Virus record (IMG/VR): IMGVR_UViG_3300010236_000011
Location: 1 to 29,824 of that record
DNA from: a virus
Taxonomy: Duplodnaviria > Caudoviricetes
DNA: 29,824 bases
Strand: one strand, 5' to 3'
Shown: piece by piece, positions 8,626 through 16,962 of the stretch
Numbering within the stretch: the first letter of the stretch is position 1
How the letters are laid out: the number at the start of each line of letters is the position of its first letter
Notes under the pieces: generated by a model
What the model was told of the DNA's origin: nothing
The model's input: only the letters and a program-made list of their open reading frames with translations
The model's database searches: none
Position numbers and translations under genes: made by a program

Positions 8626-9294
8626 TTAGGCCACCTCCCGCGGGAATACCAGGTGCCGGCGCCGCAACAACACCCGCTCCCCAAGATAATCGCCCCGTTC
8701 AAAACGGATCCCAGGTGGTACAAAACACACCCATTCAAAGTAAGCGTTGTACTTAACCGAGTACAGGTTTCCCGCTGCCGGCTGGGGCCTATCAGCCAGC
8801 CAGGTTATGGTCCGGTCGTCAATCGTAAAATCAATATTGGGTTCGTATGAAGTAACCGTTCCCGTTGTCACGTCCACGGTCACGCAGGCCAAGATTTCAG
8901 CCGTTTCATAATAAAGTTCGTCTGCGGTGCCCGTGCCCCGTCTAATAAGTTCTCCTTCCCAGGGTTCACCCTGTGCCCAGGTAAACTTGATCATGTCATA
9001 GTCTCCAGGTTGCCGGGCCGTCAGGTCAGGGATAAAAACACAATCGCCCGGGCGGGCGATTCCTGTCTCGGCGAGATCCTTTTGCCCCTGGATGCCGACA
9101 ATGACGCCCCTCATTTCCACCGGTTCCCGGTATAGCCATCCCGTTCCCCCGCAGGCCGGGCAACTGACCTGGGCTCTGTTGGCGTCGCCGCTGGTGGAGC
9201 AGGGGCACTTCATGCCAAGGTAATGTATCACCCAGTCGCCGCGGCGCCGGATAAGATCTCGCTGTTTGGGCAGGTTAATCTTTGTATTGCGCAT
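8626..9294 (-). CDS. Neck / head-closure protein
   Basis: 'CPC....CPACGGTGWLY' motif characteristic of Twort-like neck proteins. Confidence 0.7.
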   Translation of the reverse strand: MRNTKINLPKQRDLIRRRGDWVIHYLGMKCPCSTSGDANRAQVSCPACGGTGWLYREPVEMRGVIVGIQGQKDLAETGIARPGDCVFIPDLTARQPGDYDMIKFTWAQGEPWEGELIRRGTGTADELYYETAEILACVTVDVTTGTVTSYEPNIDFTIDDRTITWLADRPQPAAGNLYSVKYNAYFEWVCFVPPGIRFERGDYLGERVLLRRRHLVFPREVA

Positions 9295-9309
9295 TATCCC
9301 ATCACCGCC

Positions 9310-9870
9310 TCAAATAGTTTGCCTACTTGCTGTCTTCGGTGCCTCCTTCGGAGGAATCACGATCACCGCATGGGGAAGAAATGTTAATGCCTGTCTACTG
9401 GCGGTTATGGCTACAATCATTTGCCGCAAAGTTTCGTTGGGAAGTTGCTTTATGGCCGGCGTTTCATGACCGTCATGCCCGTCCACGTAGGCCACAAGTC
9501 CAGTTTCTTCGATGGTATCGCCCTTAGATATATTCTCCCAGGCCGGACCAATAGCAACCAATGTTATCCTATCGCCTATGCCCTGGCTGGGGTTTCCGTA
9601 GGCTACAGTGACCTTGCTCCCGTTAATCTCAAGCTCGCGTATCTTGTCTACAGCGAGCTTTACTCGCACCGTCTTGCCCACGTTATCTGTGGTACGTAAC
9701 AGGGTATCAAATGGGTCCTTCGCCGTCACGAGGTCCAGATCGACATCAGGAGCAGCCTGCACTACTTCGGTGTTATTCGAATCCTGTATCTCATTAGCTG
9801 TACCACCGCATCCCAATAGAGTCAATGCTATTGCGAATACAATGCACACCGGAAGGAGAAAATGTTTCAT
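9310..9870 (-). CDS. Lipoprotein (possible OB-fold; moron-like)
   Basis: Signal peptide MKHFLLPVCIVFAIALTLLG|C with lipobox; start overlaps upstream stop (ATGA). Confidence 0.8.
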   Translation of the reverse strand: MKHFLLPVCIVFAIALTLLGCGGTANEIQDSNNTEVVQAAPDVDLDLVTAKDPFDTLLRTTDNVGKTVRVKLAVDKIRELEINGSKVTVAYGNPSQGIGDRITLVAIGPAWENISKGDTIEETGLVAYVDGHDGHETPAIKQLPNETLRQMIVAITASRQALTFLPHAVIVIPPKEAPKTASRQTI

Positions 9871-11279
9871 AGTACCACCACCGGAATTCCTCCAAATTTT
9901 TGTTTGAGCCGGCGAAGATTGCCTTCACCAATCCGGTCACCGTAGAACCACTTCTGATGTTCGTCAATGGTGGCGGAATAGATTCCATAGACAGCAGAAG
10001 AGGTATATCCCACGCTCTCTGAGATACCGTCACGCCCGATGGATTCGGACGCGTATCCGGCTCGGTAGGCGGCGCCGGCAACATTCAGAATGTCCATGGT
10101 TGCTTTTCGGGCAATAGCCTCACGCAGAACCTCCCTTTCTCCGTATAAGTCTCGCAGGCCAAAGGTTCCTCGGAAATGCCAGAAGTCGGGCACATAATCA
10201 TACGTATAGAAAAGCTGAAATACAGCCGCCCCGTAGAATTGCCAGTTGATGGCTGCCCCCCGACGGGGTACCAGGGAAACCTGCCCTGTCTTCTCGGTCC
10301 AGGTGTGCCACTCAGCGGGCACATTCACCACCCGGCTATCCTGAAACCAGCCCTCAAGGCGCTCAAGGAATAGCAATGGCCGATAGGGAAGTTGGATGCT
10401 TACCCATTGCAGACGATTTCGCGGCCGGTAGTACGATACTGTTTCCCGCCGCTCGTCATAGTATTCCCCGTCTTGGATATCTGTAACAACAACTATGGGT
10501 TCGATGTAAATATTGATCTGGCTCTCCAGCCATGCCTTGGCTTTCCAGAGCCAGTCACGTACCACCTCATCAGTCATCTCGGCATGGTCAATCAAGATTT
10601 CGTCCTGTTTAGGGGACTCCGGGAGGTCAAATGGGATTACGTTTACCTTGATGTAGCTTTGGTTGCGGCGATCTTTCAAAATAAGCTCGGCTTCGTCATC
10701 CGGAACGACTATCTCTGTGCCGCCGGCCCAGGATAGAGTATGAGCCACGGGATCCCAACTTAATAAAAAAGTCCCCACGTCATGATTCTGTTCGACGTAC
10801 CCAATGGAAACTCCTGCCACATTAACAGGTTGGTTTTGAGGCAGCAGTATTTCGGCAGATTTAAGAGAGGCCCCGAAAAGCCAACTATCCCGCAGTTCTT
10901 TAACGGTCATGATGGATACCGGAATTCGCTCTGCCGCCGGAGTAACTCCCGGGCTGGTAGGGCTATCAACCTGAATGCGGTAAAAACTCTGTGTTACCAT
11001 TGGTATGCCATGTATGTCCCGCATATTATTCAGATCGAAGGTAAAGACATATCCATGTGAGTAGTCAGCTTCGGTCAGAGTTACCTCTTGCTCTGCTATC
11101 AGGATCTGTCTATCCCCTCGTGGGTTCAACCTATACAGCCCGCAGCGAAGTATTTCTCCCGCCAAGCCAGTTGCTGGCAGGGGAGTAGCACGCACGCGCA
11201 TGTTATTAGCTTGCGTTGCCGCTCCATAGCGGGTATATTCTTTGCGATCCAGCTTGATATTCAGGCTACTAATTGGCAC
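9867..11279 (-). CDS. Head-tail adaptor/neck protein with extra N-terminal domain
   Basis: C-terminal 'ASESIGRDGISESVGYTSSAVYGIYSATI' matches the Twort-like adaptor pattern; 'ELRDSWLFG' and 'AKAWLESQINI' also fit. Confidence 0.7.
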   Translation of the reverse strand: MPISSLNIKLDRKEYTRYGAATQANNMRVRATPLPATGLAGEILRCGLYRLNPRGDRQILIAEQEVTLTEADYSHGYVFTFDLNNMRDIHGIPMVTQSFYRIQVDSPTSPGVTPAAERIPVSIMTVKELRDSWLFGASLKSAEILLPQNQPVNVAGVSIGYVEQNHDVGTFLLSWDPVAHTLSWAGGTEIVVPDDEAELILKDRRNQSYIKVNVIPFDLPESPKQDEILIDHAEMTDEVVRDWLWKAKAWLESQINIYIEPIVVVTDIQDGEYYDERRETVSYYRPRNRLQWVSIQLPYRPLLFLERLEGWFQDSRVVNVPAEWHTWTEKTGQVSLVPRRGAAINWQFYGAAVFQLFYTYDYVPDFWHFRGTFGLRDLYGEREVLREAIARKATMDILNVAGAAYRAGYASESIGRDGISESVGYTSSAVYGIYSATIDEHQKWFYGDRIGEGNLRRLKQKFGGIPVVVL

Positions 11280-11487
11280 CGGCTTGCACCCCCTTGGAGG
11301 CCTTAAGCAATATGGACCTGCGAAGGCGTTCGTTGACTTCCGAATCGGGTTGGACTTCGCTACGACATTTGGGGCAGATTAGTGCCAAGCTGCCATCGGA
11401 CTTAAGGAGAAGGTAGCGATTGCGCAGCAGGAGCTGTCCACCCTCTATTTCTTTTGTTAGCTTTTCGCGGCAGTTTGGGCAACGCAA
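11269..11487 (-). CDS. Zinc-ribbon protein
   Basis: CPNC...CPKC; TTG start after GGAGGGG. Confidence 0.7.
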   Translation of the reverse strand: MRCPNCREKLTKEIEGGQLLLRNRYLLLKSDGSLALICPKCRSEVQPDSEVNERLRRSILLKASKGVQAGAN

Positions 11488-11510
11488 TGGCCACCCCTCC
11501 GATCGTTTTT

Positions 11511-12347
11511 CTATGTATTCCTAGCCTTACGCAGATAATCCCTGACACCAAGACTCTTCTTAGCCTCGCTACGCTCCTTTACTCCTTCGGAAACATCAAT
11601 ATCATACTTTTGGGCTGCTCGCACAATACGGCGCCAAATTGCCTTGCGCTTTTCCGTGTTGTATTGTAAATAATTCTTGGGCCTAGAGAAATAGGCCATT
11701 GCCGCTCTCACGTTCTTTTCGGTATGCAGGGGATATTTATAGTTCTCAGGGTCGGCATAGTCTTCCCGTTCGATTGCGCCTTCTTCCCGATATTCTTTCG
11801 GCGGGTTTTGGTGAATGTTCTTCGCTCGGCTTTTCTCCACAGGCACGTAAACTGCCCGCACCTTCTCCTTGGGGCCAACCTCTATTTTTCCATTGACCAT
11901 TTTGTACAGCACCCTGTACCGTTCGGCGCCTTTCCGCACTATGACATAACCGTGGTAAATGTCTTCAATCCAAGGATAGGAATCCATGACCGGTTCAGCA
12001 GTCGTCCCTTTGGCCGGGCCCATGTATTCCTTGATGGCAATATCTAATGCTCCCCGCAGTTCCTCCAATCCTACATCAGGCCCCGCTGCCTTTGGCGGCC
12101 AATTATGACCACCCACGAGAAGACCCGATTTCTTAAAAGACCTGATCATATACAGTTGACCATTCCGGCTCTTAGCCAAGCTTCGGGCCATGCTCTTTTC
12201 CCCCTTCATGCGCTGATAAATGCCCATAACCAGCCGGTAAAACCGTTTGCTGCCTTCGTTGACACCTTTGTATTGCTTTAAGACAATCTCCTTGGCCCGC
12301 TCCCAAAGCTCCTCATCACGTTCGTTCTTTACTACATTGGCCGGCAT
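11511..12347 (-). CDS. Multi-domain head-associated protein (ChaB-like N-terminus, DUF6582-like C-terminus)
   Basis: N-terminal 'MP..VVK..DEELWERAK...VMGIYQRM'; C-terminal 'YADPENYKYPLHTEKNVRAAMAYF...RIVRAAQKYDI'. Confidence 0.65.
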   Translation of the reverse strand: MPANVVKNERDEELWERAKEIVLKQYKGVNEGSKRFYRLVMGIYQRMKGEKSMARSLAKSRNGQLYMIRSFKKSGLLVGGHNWPPKAAGPDVGLEELRGALDIAIKEYMGPAKGTTAEPVMDSYPWIEDIYHGYVIVRKGAERYRVLYKMVNGKIEVGPKEKVRAVYVPVEKSRAKNIHQNPPKEYREEGAIEREDYADPENYKYPLHTEKNVRAAMAYFSRPKNYLQYNTEKRKAIWRRIVRAAQKYDIDVSEGVKERSEAKKSLGVRDYLRKARNT

Positions 12348-12364
12348 AAGCCAGCACCCCCTTT

Positions 12365-12742
12365 CTAATGTTTGACCTCATTGGCATTTCGCACGAAATA
12401 TACTCCACCGCAAGGCACATGTTCATAATTTTTTTCATCCGGACTAGTTTCCGCTTCTTCGTTAACCGAACAAGGATAACGAACACATTCCTGACAGATT
12501 ACCATCTCTGCCCCGTAGATCTCCCAGCCTCCGGCCAGAACCAGGGCCCGCTTACCGGTAGCCTGCTCAATTTGCGGCACAAACTGTTGGGCCACATATT
12601 GCAGATACTCGTTAGGAGCAGTAGGAGGGGCGGTCAGCACAATCATGTTTTCGATTTCCTGTCTGGTCAGGACGCGATTAAATACCATGACTTGGCCGGC
12701 TGGAATAGACCTGGCGATTATCCGGTAAAACTCAGTGCCCAT
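12365..12742 (-). CDS. Hypothetical protein with Cys-rich C-terminus
   Basis: 125-aa ORF in operon; CxxC...C...C. Confidence 0.65.
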   Translation of the reverse strand: MGTEFYRIIARSIPAGQVMVFNRVLTRQEIENMIVLTAPPTAPNEYLQYVAQQFVPQIEQATGKRALVLAGGWEIYGAEMVICQECVRYPCSVNEEAETSPDEKNYEHVPCGGVYFVRNANEVKH

Positions 12743-12938
12743 CGGCCTTACTACCCCCTACGGTATGGCGGCCAGCCATATCATATAATAATTTCAAGTG
12801 CTCCTGCTCGTCTTGCAGGATGTGGGCTATTACCTTTCGGTCTTTAACTGAAAGGTCCTGCGATCCTAAAAATGCGCTGTAATCTTCGATTGCCTTAGCC
12901 TCAGATGCTATTAAAGCGCTGACGGTTTTCGCTTGCAT
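12732..12938 (-). CDS. Half ferritin-like / rubrerythrin-like protein
   Basis: 'EAKAIEDY ... VIAHILQDEQEH' di-iron carboxylate pattern; ATG at 12938 after GAGGGAG. Confidence 0.65.
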   Translation of the reverse strand: MQAKTVSALIASEAKAIEDYSAFLGSQDLSVKDRKVIAHILQDEQEHLKLLYDMAGRHTVGGSKADGH

Positions 12939-12939
12939 G

Positions 12940-15900
12940 TCACACTCCCTCATTTCGCCGTCGCAAATATAACCCGCCCGCTGGGATAGAACCGTCAATC
13001 GGCTGCATGATCTGCAGGAACAACGATTTGGACAGGTTGTGTTGCTTTAGAATTTGTTCAAATGTCCCGGATAGCCGCTCCATTTCCGCTTCGGAAAAAC
13101 GCTCAAAACGTTCTCCCTCAGCAAGTTCGGCCGGCAATTTGGTATTGGTCTTCTCGGCCAGACGCTGAACATAAACGGCAAACCACCGGGCAAATGTTTC
13201 TTCATTCTTGGAGAAATACCCCAGGCCATATTTCCCCCGCAAGCCCCACGGGGACCCTGGTTTTCCAAGAGACATTATGAAGTCTCTGTAGGCCTGGGTT
13301 TCTTTGATCTGCTTCACCAAAGGTTCCAAGACACCGCCAGGAGAGGTTGCATACATCATCCTCTGGCCAAAAGCCAGACCCAATGAATTGTCCACGGCGT
13401 GACCATATTCATGATAAAACGGCTGCATACCTTTCTTACTGGAAATGTAAATTGCTTGCTGGCTCGGCATGTAATAAGCCCAGGCTTTCAATTTATGGTC
13501 GAATTTGCCCAACATCAACTTTACCCTCGTCGTCCGCATCAAGCTTTGTGGAATCAAGGAAGTCATTACCCGATAAGCCTTTTGGGCTATGGAGGCAATC
13601 TGTTCTCTCTCCTTGTCCGTTTCTGTCTCTTTATTGAATACAACCTGCTTAACACCCAGATCCTGCAGTTCGCTTTGAAGAGACGCTGCTATTTCCTCCT
13701 TGGCAATCTTGCGTGCCGCCTTGCGTTTTTCTTCAGATTGAATCCGCCGCGCCAACTTCTTCTCCGCTTCTGTGCCCTCTTGGCCAACGGTTGCCCGATA
13801 GCGCATCAGTAGTTGATTAAGCTTTTCTGGGTCTGGATCACCTTTCCGGTCTATGGGGATAAGGCGGTTAGAGAAGGTCACCGGTCGTTCCCATTCTCCC
13901 TGAACTATAACATTGCCACGCGAATAATTCGTCCAGATATAGTAGGCACTACCGTTTTTGGTAGCTCTAAAAACATACCTGGAGGTAGGAAGTATCTCGT
14001 CTGGAGCTTTAATTGGCCGATAGTAACCCAGGTACTCGACTTCACCGCCGTCGACAAGTTCATACCGCGAGTGTCGCATATCTTTGTTTTCTTCCACCCA
14101 AAGCGGAGCAGTGGTGACTACATCCCATCGAAATAACGGCTTGATAAAACGCTGGTAAAGGGTTTCGATCTCGGCCTTACTTAACTCTCCTTCACCCTGG
14201 CGCTCGATTTCAATGCTTTTATGGGACTTGCCGTCATTAAGGTATATCCGGCCTTTTTCATCCCTGGGCACTACAACAAAGGCATCCAGGTTGGGGGCAA
14301 GGAATTTATAACCCCAACCCTTTTCTGATTCGTAACGGTCTACGTAAGTATTACGGCCGCCCGGTAGAGAAGAGAAAATGGCTTTGCTTTCTCCCTTGCG
14401 CTGGATATGGTGCATTATGTCAAGGGTATTGATCAGTGCGCTGTTTCTGTCCGACCCAGGCAAGCGAAAATGGCCTTCCTTGATGGTGGTTGTTTCCTGT
14501 TTCTGCTGTGTTTGGCCATGGCCTTGTCTGCCAAGGGCCTTCCAGGCTTCAGGGTCGGAGATTTTCTGGCCTTGCATTTGGCGTGGCACATTGCCGCCTA
14601 CTATACGACCATCGCGGTCAATCATGATCCGCCGGCGACCAGCATCGGGTTCCGGATTCTGCTCTTTGGTTGGTATGGTAATCCAGCGGGCGCCTTCCGG
14701 GATCTGGGTTTTAGCTTTACTTATCCCGCCATCCAGAGTCTGGGCCAGTACGTGATCCCATTTCTCGTCGCTCCAACCCAGCACTTCCTTAAAGTTTTCC
14801 TTACTTACGTCTAATGCGGCCTTAAGGGAATCTTCCAGCCAGTAAGCGCCTACGTCTGGCATCTTTGAGGCGATCCGGCGTGGCTTCTGGCCGGGTACCT
14901 CTAAAAAGTATCGTTCTCCCCAGCCATCGTTAACCCGCCAGAGTACCCCTTGACGGGTCTTGGCCACCTTTTTTATGGTATCCGGTTTCTCATCTGCGGC
15001 GATCTCCGGCAGAGAGCGCCAAACCTTCAGCACCGTCCCTTTAGACTTAGATAGGGGAAAAATGTTCAAAACGGTCCTGTTGAACGATTTCATCACCGGG
15101 ATGCCCCGTTCGCGGAAACTGGCATAACCATCCTTGGCAACGCCTATGACATCTAGGATTTCGATGCCCGCCTGGGTCATGGGTTCGCGCAAATGGTCCA
15201 GAATGTTGCTAAGCACAGCATTATTGGTCACAGCCGCAGGAGGTTCTTGGCCGGCTGCAAGAATCGTGGCTGCCGCATTATCCTCAATGGAGTATCTGGC
15301 TACCTCCCTGGCTATATCTTTGGGTTCGGTGGCAGTGATGTATCGAACCGAATTAACCTCGTTCTTTGTGTTCAGAGTTAAGAGCATTACCTGCCCCTTC
15401 TTGCTGCCTAAAACTTCTTGAGCAAGAGCAGCGGCCTCATGAGGTTGGTTAATGCTCCTCTTGCCCAAAACCTCTTTCTTGGAGCGAGGGGTACCCTGTC
15501 TGACACCGACTTTTTTTATCCGTTGCGTTCGTCGCTCCTGGAACGTGGAGATAGGAAACCTATCATGAGCTATATATGCTTGGCCACTAGCCTTATCGAC
15601 ATCTACATGAGTAAATTCACCCTTGCCAATGACTAGATGGCCAGCGAATTCAATACCCAAGGTGTCTGTAACCTTATGCAATCTGTGAGTAACCGCAATA
15701 TCTTCTTGCGACGGGCTGCTGTTGCCGCTCGGGTGATTATGCAGGATCCAGATTTTCTTAGCATTGGCCAACACGCTGGTTTTAAGCACTTCACGGGGAT
15801 GCATCATGGCAGAGTTCAATGTACCAACCGAGGCCAGATGCACATTGAGGATGTTATCATTTTCGTCCAGGTTAAGTACCCACGCCTGCTCCCGGTCCAT

Positions 15901-16731
15901 ATCAGCGATGCCCTCAAATATTGTGGCCACATCATCAGGCCCCGCTACCGTGGCGCTGGGTACCATCAAGGAGCCCTCGCGCTTCAGCTTTAGGCGAAGG
16001 GCACTCTTGCCTCTAACCTGATTTTCATAACTTACATCTCGTGCTTTCGTGGACCTTTTAGTAGTGCCTTCTCGCTGTTTCGCTTCATTTTCTACGGCTA
16101 TTTTCTTCAGATCCGGATAATCCTCAAGAACTTCGGGGGGCACAGGTCTACCAGCAGCGACAGCATCTTGAATTATTGTCTTATGGTCTACGGCATCATC
16201 AATTTCTCCGGCGATTTTATCCGTTTCAGCCTTGGCCTGCCGATAGCGTTCTTTAATCTCTTTGGGTACTTTCGTGGATCTTAGTGCCGTTTCCACGGTC
16301 TGGGGGACCATCTCTAATGCCGCTCCCAAGGTTGACATACGGGTTCCCAAATCAAACTTCTGTTTTTTGTATCCAGGAGCTGATTGTAATAATTTCATTT
16401 GTGCTTCCGCTAAATTAGCCCTGGCCCTTTCATAGTTTCTCATGAGAGGATGGTCTTCTGGTAAACCCATTCCTTTGGATTCGTACTCTCGCCGCGTCAT
16501 TTGCCAGGGCTGTTTCGCTTTGGCCGATTCCTTTGACGAATCCTCCCTCCAGAAGCTGGTAATGTGTCGGTTGTGGAACTTCTGTGGTACTCGCCCGCCT
16601 ATGATGTGGCCGTCTTCGGATATCAGAATACGCCGGCCGGCCAAAGGACTATTAGGGTGCTTATACTTAGAGATCGTAATCCACCTGGCCCCCGCAGGAA
16701 TAGGTTTTGATGATTTTAGAAAGATACTCAA
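12940..16731 (-). CDS. Large polyvalent protein: duplicated leader, JAB/RadC domain, degenerate second RadC domain, C-terminal zincin (LPD1-like) domain
   Basis: 'DREQ...GTLNSAMMHPREV...HNHPSGNSSPSQED' (intact JAB motif); second copy lacks the His residues; 'HEYGHAVD' and 'YFSKNEETFARWF'; TTG at 16731 follows AGGAGGAG. Confidence 0.85.
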   Translation of the reverse strand: MSIFLKSSKPIPAGARWITISKYKHPNSPLAGRRILISEDGHIIGGRVPQKFHNRHITSFWREDSSKESAKAKQPWQMTRREYESKGMGLPEDHPLMRNYERARANLAEAQMKLLQSAPGYKKQKFDLGTRMSTLGAALEMVPQTVETALRSTKVPKEIKERYRQAKAETDKIAGEIDDAVDHKTIIQDAVAAGRPVPPEVLEDYPDLKKIAVENEAKQREGTTKRSTKARDVSYENQVRGKSALRLKLKREGSLMVPSATVAGPDDVATIFEGIADMDREQAWVLNLDENDNILNVHLASVGTLNSAMMHPREVLKTSVLANAKKIWILHNHPSGNSSPSQEDIAVTHRLHKVTDTLGIEFAGHLVIGKGEFTHVDVDKASGQAYIAHDRFPISTFQERRTQRIKKVGVRQGTPRSKKEVLGKRSINQPHEAAALAQEVLGSKKGQVMLLTLNTKNEVNSVRYITATEPKDIAREVARYSIEDNAAATILAAGQEPPAAVTNNAVLSNILDHLREPMTQAGIEILDVIGVAKDGYASFRERGIPVMKSFNRTVLNIFPLSKSKGTVLKVWRSLPEIAADEKPDTIKKVAKTRQGVLWRVNDGWGERYFLEVPGQKPRRIASKMPDVGAYWLEDSLKAALDVSKENFKEVLGWSDEKWDHVLAQTLDGGISKAKTQIPEGARWITIPTKEQNPEPDAGRRRIMIDRDGRIVGGNVPRQMQGQKISDPEAWKALGRQGHGQTQQKQETTTIKEGHFRLPGSDRNSALINTLDIMHHIQRKGESKAIFSSLPGGRNTYVDRYESEKGWGYKFLAPNLDAFVVVPRDEKGRIYLNDGKSHKSIEIERQGEGELSKAEIETLYQRFIKPLFRWDVVTTAPLWVEENKDMRHSRYELVDGGEVEYLGYYRPIKAPDEILPTSRYVFRATKNGSAYYIWTNYSRGNVIVQGEWERPVTFSNRLIPIDRKGDPDPEKLNQLLMRYRATVGQEGTEAEKKLARRIQSEEKRKAARKIAKEEIAASLQSELQDLGVKQVVFNKETETDKEREQIASIAQKAYRVMTSLIPQSLMRTTRVKLMLGKFDHKLKAWAYYMPSQQAIYISSKKGMQPFYHEYGHAVDNSLGLAFGQRMMYATSPGGVLEPLVKQIKETQAYRDFIMSLGKPGSPWGLRGKYGLGYFSKNEETFARWFAVYVQRLAEKTNTKLPAELAEGERFERFSEAEMERLSGTFEQILKQHNLSKSLFLQIMQPIDGSIPAGGLYLRRRNEGV

Positions 16732-16747
16732 CCCAAAACTCCTCCTT

Positions 16748-16954
16748 TCATGCTGCTGGCCAAGACAGTCGCCAACCCTGCGCCTCAACCATCATTTTTA
16801 CCGGCTCCCATGGCGCAATCCCAAGGTGTTCGGCTATGTTCTCAAAATCGGTCAACCGTCGAAAAGTTATTTCATGAGTCAAAGGATTTATGGAGTAATC
16901 ATCACAACCGCACCGTTCCAATACAGCCACCAGTTCTGCATGGGTCATCGTCAC
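16748..16954 (-). CDS. Hypothetical protein
   Basis: 68-aa ORF with AAGGAGG RBS, fills the gap between MuF and the large protein. Confidence 0.6.
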   Translation of the reverse strand: MTMTHAELVAVLERCGCDDYSINPLTHEITFRRLTDFENIAEHLGIAPWEPVKMMVEAQGWRLSWPAA

Positions 16955-16962
16955 GCGCCTCC

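Noticed and set aside
15625-15930. Calling this a host radC DNA-repair gene
   Set aside because: The domain is embedded in a phage polyvalent protein with no N-terminal HhH region evident
16732-16788. Annotated start of the 1282-aa ORF
   Set aside because: Overlaps the upstream gene; a strong RBS lies before TTG at 16731
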